In this document: positions 59,593-64,000 of the stretch, piece after piece
How positions within the stretch are numbered: position 1 is the first letter of the stretch
How the letters are laid out: each line of letters starts with the position of its first letter
DNA from: an uncultured delta proteobacterium
GTDB taxonomy: Bacteria; Desulfobacterota; RBG-13-43-22
Direction: 5' to 3'
Assembly: GCA_963711835.1 (NCBI GenBank)
Contig: CAVQFQ010000017.1
Span: 512,001-576,000, forward strand
DNA length: 64,000 nucleotides
Translations under genes and position numbers: made by a program
Notes under the pieces: generated by a model
What the model was told of the DNA's origin: nothing
Seen by the model: the letters and a program-made list of their open reading frames with translations, nothing else
Databases searched by the model: none

Positions 59593-60531
59593 TTAACCGG
59601 CGGAAAGCAAGGCCTTCAGGGATTTCGGATCTTCCACCTGGAAGGCCTGGTAGGGATAATCCTTGGGTAGACATTTTTTAACCAGACCAAGAAGCACCTT
59701 TTTAGGGCCCACTTCGATAAATCGGGAAACGCCTTGACCCACCAAAGTCTGAACCAGATCCACCCAGCGTACGGGTTGACCGATTTGACGCCCCATGATT
59801 TCCTTTATCTTCAACGGATCGTCTTCAAGCTCAGCGGTCACATTAAAAACCATGGCCCTTCGGGGGGTCTGAAAGGGTATCTGGGAAAGAAAGGCTTTAA
59901 AAGCGATCATGGCTTCTTCCATCAAGGGGCTGTGCCAAGCCCCGCTGACAGCCAAAGAGATGGCTTTCCCCCCGGCCTGGGCCGCTTGCCGGGAAGCCTT
60001 TTCCACCAACTCCTTCCGTCCTGAAATAACCGTCTGCTCCGGCGTATTATAGTTGGCCGCACCGATGGCGCCCTCCAGGCTCAGGGTCGAGAGAATCCCC
60101 TCCAAGGCCTCGGAGGTCAGGCCGATGACGGCCGCCATGGCTCCGGGATTTTTTCGGGCTGCCTGGTCCATCAAGGCCCCCCGGGCCTTGACCAGGCTGA
60201 AGGTGTCTTCCCGGCTCAGGATTCCGGCGGCATAGAGGGCCGCATATTCACCCAGGCTATGCCCGGCCACCATCTCAGGAAAAACAGCCTGCTTTTCCAG
60301 GCAGGCCAGGACCGCCATATTCACAGCGGTAATGGCCGGCTGGACGTTGGCCGTCAAGGTCAATTGTTCCAGAGGGCCGTTAAAACACAATTCCCTGATG
60401 GGAAGCCCGGAGACTTCTTCGGCCAGAAGAAACACCTCTTTGGCCTCGGGATACTTCTCATAAAGCTCCTTACCCATACTCACAACCTGCGATCCCTGTC
60501 CGGGAAACAAAAACGCCGTCCGCCTGCTCAT
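59593..60531 (-). CDS. fabD: malonyl-CoA:ACP transacylase
   Basis: FPGQGSQ, QPAI, GHSLGEY, VSGAWHS, EVGP. Confidence 0.95.
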   Translation of the reverse strand: MSRRTAFLFPGQGSQVVSMGKELYEKYPEAKEVFLLAEEVSGLPIRELCFNGPLEQLTLTANVQPAITAVNMAVLACLEKQAVFPEMVAGHSLGEYAALYAAGILSREDTFSLVKARGALMDQAARKNPGAMAAVIGLTSEALEGILSTLSLEGAIGAANYNTPEQTVISGRKELVEKASRQAAQAGGKAISLAVSGAWHSPLMEEAMIAFKAFLSQIPFQTPRRAMVFNVTAELEDDPLKIKEIMGRQIGQPVRWVDLVQTLVGQGVSRFIEVGPKKVLLGLVKKCLPKDYPYQAFQVEDPKSLKALLSAG

Positions 60532-60558
60532 AGCCTTCCCCCTTGTTCAAGGTAAAAC

Positions 60559-60636
60559 AATATAAGATTAAGCCCATAATAATTCAAGTAAAAACAATCA
60601 ATGGCGATTGACTTTTTAGCCTTTTTAAACTATCCT
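60559..60636. promoter_or_regulatory. back-to-back sigma-70 promoters for fabD and hpt
   Basis: Minus strand TTGAAT-N17-TATATT (60587-60559); plus strand TTGACT-N17-TATCCT (60608-60636). Confidence 0.65.
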
Positions 60637-60668
60637 ATTCGAATCAGGGAAAAAGGAGCCGAAAAACC

Positions 60669-61184
60669 ATTAAAAAACAACGCCTCTTCAGCCGGCGGGA
60701 GATCCGGCAAAAGGTCAAGGAGTTGGCCCGATCCATTTCCCGGGATTACCGGGATAAAGAGCTGATCCTGATCGGAGTCCTGAATGGGGCCTTCATATTT
60801 ATGGCCGATCTGGTAAAAAATATCACGCTGCCGGTTCAGATCGATTTTGTCCGCTTAGCCTCTTACGGCAGCCGGACCCAGAGCCAGGGGAAGATTCGGG
60901 TAACTAAGTCCGTTGAATTGCCGCTGGCAGGCAAAGAAGTCCTGGTGGTGGAGGATATCGTCGATACCGGTCTGACCTTTGAATTTCTCCGGAATCTGTT
61001 GGAAAAGGAAGGCCCGAAATCCATTCGTTTCTGCGCCCTGATCGATAAAAAGGAAAGACGTCAGGTCCCGATTAACGTGGATTATACCGGCTTCCGGGTT
61101 ACGGAGGGCTTTATCGTCGGCTATGGGCTGGACTTTAACGAACAATACCGGAACCTCCCGGCGTTATATCACCTCCAATTTTAA
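60669..61184 (+). CDS. hpt: hypoxanthine phosphoribosyltransferase
   Basis: GVLNGAFIF, SYG, VVEDIVDTG, VGYGLD...YRNLP; conserved N-terminus extends upstream of the track start to ATT 60669. Confidence 0.93.
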   Translation: MKKQRLFSRREIRQKVKELARSISRDYRDKELILIGVLNGAFIFMADLVKNITLPVQIDFVRLASYGSRTQSQGKIRVTKSVELPLAGKEVLVVEDIVDTGLTFEFLRNLLEKEGPKSIRFCALIDKKERRQVPINVDYTGFRVTEGFIVGYGLDFNEQYRNLPALYHLQF

Positions 61185-61217
61185 AGACACCCGACTTTTC
61201 TCAGGCAAGGTGCCCCG

Positions 61218-62009
61218 TTGAAAATACGTTGTGAAGAGTGCTCCACCGTGTATGAGCTCGCGGAAACCCTCCTGGAACCCGGGGGCTCTAAGGTCCGCTG
61301 CAGCCGCTGCGGTCACATCTTCCAGGCGGCCCCCCCGGCTCCGTTGCCCTCCTCCCTCCCGGAAGCGGCTCCAGGACCTTCTGCTGAAAAGGGACCGGAC
61401 ATCCCCCCGGAAGAAGAAGGCCTGGATGTTAGACAAGCCGGGTCTAAGCAAAAATATTTCTGGGTCCTGGGCATCGTCTCGCTCGCATTTTTCTTGGCCG
61501 TTTCGGTTCGCTATTTTTACTTTCAGCACTATTATCCGGATCAGGCCAACCGGGACCTGATCCGAAAGACCTTCTTTTTGCCCTCCGATCTTGAGGGGAA
61601 TAAAAAACTTTCCCTGGTCAACGTAAAAAGTTATTTTCAGGAAAACAACCGACTGGGGCCGATCCTGGTGGCGGCCGGGGAGATTATAAACGGCTACCCC
61701 GAATCCCGACAAGGGATAACGATTCGAGGTTCTCTGTTGGACGGGAAGAATCGGGTACTCCTGAAACAGGAGACCATGGCCGGGCTGGTCCTTAACAGCG
61801 AAGAATTGGGGACCCTCTCCTGGGAAGAAATCAGCCGGCTTCCTCAAAAACAACCGGATCGCTTGGCCCTGACCGGCCCCTTGTTGCCCTCCAAGACCAT
61901 ATCCTTTATGCTCCTTTTCCCTAAACTGCCGGCTGGGGCCAGGCAGATCTCGATTGAAGTCCTCGGTTCTCAAAAAATTCAATCTCCTTCCTCGGTCCGG
62001 ACCTTTTAG
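61218..62009 (+). CDS. MJ0042-type zinc-ribbon / DUF3426-like membrane protein
   Basis: CEEC...KVRCSRC N-terminal finger, Pro-rich linker, one TM, C-terminal domain. Confidence 0.8.
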   Translation: MKIRCEECSTVYELAETLLEPGGSKVRCSRCGHIFQAAPPAPLPSSLPEAAPGPSAEKGPDIPPEEEGLDVRQAGSKQKYFWVLGIVSLAFFLAVSVRYFYFQHYYPDQANRDLIRKTFFLPSDLEGNKKLSLVNVKSYFQENNRLGPILVAAGEIINGYPESRQGITIRGSLLDGKNRVLLKQETMAGLVLNSEELGTLSWEEISRLPQKQPDRLALTGPLLPSKTISFMLLFPKLPAGARQISIEVLGSQKIQSPSSVRTF

Positions 62010-62012
62010 CGC

Positions 62013-63026
62013 ATGTCTCCCTCCTCCCGAAGATTTATCCTGGACCTTCTGATCTTCGCCCTGATCGTGCTCGGCGGTTGTATCGGCTTTATGGTGATTG
62101 AGGGCTGGACGGCCTTTGACGCCCTTTACATGACCATTACCACCCTGAGTACCGTGGGTTTCATGGAAGTCCATCCCTTGAGCACCACCGGCAGGATCTT
62201 TACCATGATTATGATTCTATCCGGAGTCGGGTTTATCCTTTATTTCCTGGGCAGCCTGACCCGGATGATAGTGGAAGGAACGATTAAAGATATCTTCGGG
62301 AGGCGAACCTTGGAAAAGAAGATCCATCATATTTCAAACCATTATATCGTTTGCGGGTATGGACGGATCGGCAGGACCGTCACCCAACTGCTTCGGGAAA
62401 AGCCGTTGGAGGTGGTGGTCATTGAGAAGGATGCGGAGTATATCGCCGGTTTCCAGGAAAAAAACCTGCTCTATGTCCTGGGGGAGGCCACCTCCGAAGA
62501 AAATCTGCTCAAGGCCGGAATTGAAAGGGCCCGGGGGCTGGTGGCCGCTGCCTCCTCCGATGCCGATAATGTCTATATTGCCTTGACCGCGCGAGGATTA
62601 AACCCCAATTTATATATCCTGGCCCGGGCCGCCGAGGAAGCCTCCGTTAAAAAATTAATCCGGGCCGGAGCCGACAGCGTCGTCTCTCCCTATGAGATCG
62701 GGGCCCGCCGTATGGCCAATACCATTCTGCGTCCGGCCGTGGTGGATTTCATCGAGTTTGCCGTTCATGACCGCAGTCTGCAACTGCAGATGGAAGAGTT
62801 GACCGTCAGGGAAAATTCCAGAATAAAAGAGGTTACCCTGATGGAGGCGGGGATCCGAAAAGATTATGATCTGATTGTGGTGGCCATTAAGAAAAAATCG
62901 GGGGAAATGATTTTCAACCCCTCCTCCAATGCCAAAATACAGATCGGGGACACCTTGATCGCTTTAGGGGAACGGGATAATTTGAGCCGCTTGGAGAAAA
63001 AACTGGGCCTATTAACAAACTCATAA
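62013..63026 (+). CDS. potassium channel protein (pore plus RCK domains)
   Basis: TLSTVGF filter, HYIVCGYGRIG Rossmann motif, TrkA-C-like tail. Confidence 0.92.
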   Translation: MSPSSRRFILDLLIFALIVLGGCIGFMVIEGWTAFDALYMTITTLSTVGFMEVHPLSTTGRIFTMIMILSGVGFILYFLGSLTRMIVEGTIKDIFGRRTLEKKIHHISNHYIVCGYGRIGRTVTQLLREKPLEVVVIEKDAEYIAGFQEKNLLYVLGEATSEENLLKAGIERARGLVAAASSDADNVYIALTARGLNPNLYILARAAEEASVKKLIRAGADSVVSPYEIGARRMANTILRPAVVDFIEFAVHDRSLQLQMEELTVRENSRIKEVTLMEAGIRKDYDLIVVAIKKKSGEMIFNPSSNAKIQIGDTLIALGERDNLSRLEKKLGLLTNS

Positions 63027-63038
63027 TTATGGGTACCT

Positions 63039-63283
63039 GACGGGGCTGCCTTTTCTTCTGTCTGCGGCTTTCGGGCTGGTCTTTTCTTCGGACTTATCCA
63101 CGGGAGATCCTTTACCCCCTCCGCATTCTCGCCTGCTAAAAATCAACGGGCGAGCTGCGGTTTCCCCCATGGATAGGTCCGGAAACCGGGTCCCGCCCCG
63201 GAGGGGTGGGTGTAAGCGTTGTCTTGGACGCGAACAAAAGACAGCGCCCTTTCGCCAATGACTTCAGAAAAAGCAGCCCCGTC
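63039..63283. repeat. about 245-bp multi-stem palindromic element between convergent genes
   Basis: Outer GACGGGGCTGCcTTTTC / GAAAAaGCAGCCCCGTC; inner CGGACtTATCCAcGGG / CCCaTGGATAgGTCCG; CCGCA..CTCGCC / GGCGAG.TGCGG; GCGtTGTCTT / AAGACAgCGC. Confidence 0.8.
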
Positions 63284-63335
63284 TGCCCTGGTAATGTCAG
63301 TGCTATCATGAGAATATTAATAAGCTAAAAGGGGC

Positions 63336-64000
63336 TTAGGCCGCCCCATAGCTGTGGAGACCGGAGAGAACAAAATTTACCCCGAAATAGGTAAACAGGA
63401 CACAGCCGAAGCCGATAATGGAGAGCCAGGCGATGCGCCGGCCATGCCAGCCCTTGATCATCCGGGCATGCAGTAAGGCGGCATAGACCAGCCAGGTGAT
63501 CAGAGACCAGGTTTCCTTGGGATCCCAGCTCCAATAAGTCCCCCAGGCCGAATGGGCCCAGATCGAACCCGTAGCAATCCCCACCGTCAGCAGCAGAAAC
63601 CCGATGACGATGGTCTGGTAAATAAGATCATCCAAGGTCCGGAGGTCGGGAAAAAAAGAAAGTCCCTCCTTCCCGGAAGCGGTTGAAGCCGAGTTGGATT
63701 TTTTAATCAAATACATGATACTCAGACTGCAGGAAACGGCCAAGGCGGCGTAACCTAAAAAACAGGTAATGACATGGGCGATAAGCCAATTGCTCTGCAA
63801 GGCCGGAAGAAGAGGTTGGATCCGGGTATTCATATTCGGGGAAAAGGAAGCATAGGCCATGGACAAAAAAGCAAAAGGAGTGGCAAAAACCCCGATCGTT
63901 TTTGATTTTGTTTTGAGCTCGAGGAGCAGGTAAATGAGGGCAATGGTCCAGGCAAAAAAGATCAGGGATTCATAAAGATTGGACAGCGGCGCGTGCCCGA
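63336..64000 (-). CDS. ccsB: cytochrome c biogenesis protein, system II (CcsA/CcsB/ResC), 5-prime partial
   Basis: [37 protein letters not shown] (WWD domain), GLHSY. Confidence 0.95.
   Translation of the reverse strand, partial: GHAPLSNLYESLIFFAWTIALIYLLLELKTKSKTIGVFATPFAFLSMAYASFSPNMNTRIQPLLPALQSNWLIAHVITCFLGYAALAVSCSLSIMYLIKKSNSASTASGKEGLSFFPDLRTLDDLIYQTIVIGFLLLTVGIATGSIWAHSAWGTYWSWDPKETWSLITWLVYAALLHARMIKGWHGRRIAWLSIIGFGCVLFTYFGVNFVLSGLHSYGAA

Noticed and set aside
10162-62174. Long antisense or overlapping ORFs (for example 10162-10914, 16519-17358, 27778-28470, 31840-32616, 61164-62174)
   Set aside because: They shadow well-supported genes on the opposite strand and show no motifs of their own; expected in GC-rich coding DNA

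Overview
This is a gene-dense chromosomal window from an anaerobic bacterium. The gene content (sigma-54 activator, hyp cluster, Etf/acyl-CoA dehydrogenase, 2-oxoacid:ferredoxin oxidoreductase, system II cytochrome c maturation, YqeB/YqeC) is most consistent with Desulfobacterota/Deltaproteobacteria; this is an inference. Main blocks, in order: fatty-acyl/redox genes; a divergent ion-transport locus (kup, ArsB/NhaD-type permease, TerC/YjbE, two paralogous cytidylate-kinase-like proteins, a very short oadG plus oadB with no alpha subunit); livF-pxpB-pxpC-DUF1445; hypA-B-F-(ATP-grasp)-C-D-E; etfBA-acyl-CoA dehydrogenase; NifA-like activator, Fe-ADH, kdnA-like aminotransferase and kdsB; mocA-like, MoeA-like, yqeB, yqeC; a full Pho locus (phoBR, porin, phoU, pstSCAB) with readable 11-bp-periodic Pho boxes; pgeF-pyrK-pyrD; mazEF beside an AT-rich 1009-aa secreted repeat protein; a four-subunit 2-oxoacid oxidoreductase; fabD, hpt, a K+ channel and a partial ccsB. 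Five genes in the first 20 kb carry single-base frameshifts at short homopolymers, most likely assembly errors. Non-coding DNA includes two long nested palindromic elements (about 320 and 245 bp) and many degenerate 7-9-mer repeat arrays. I saw no rRNA, tRNA, CRISPR array or transposase. All calls come from reading the sequence by eye; no searches were run.
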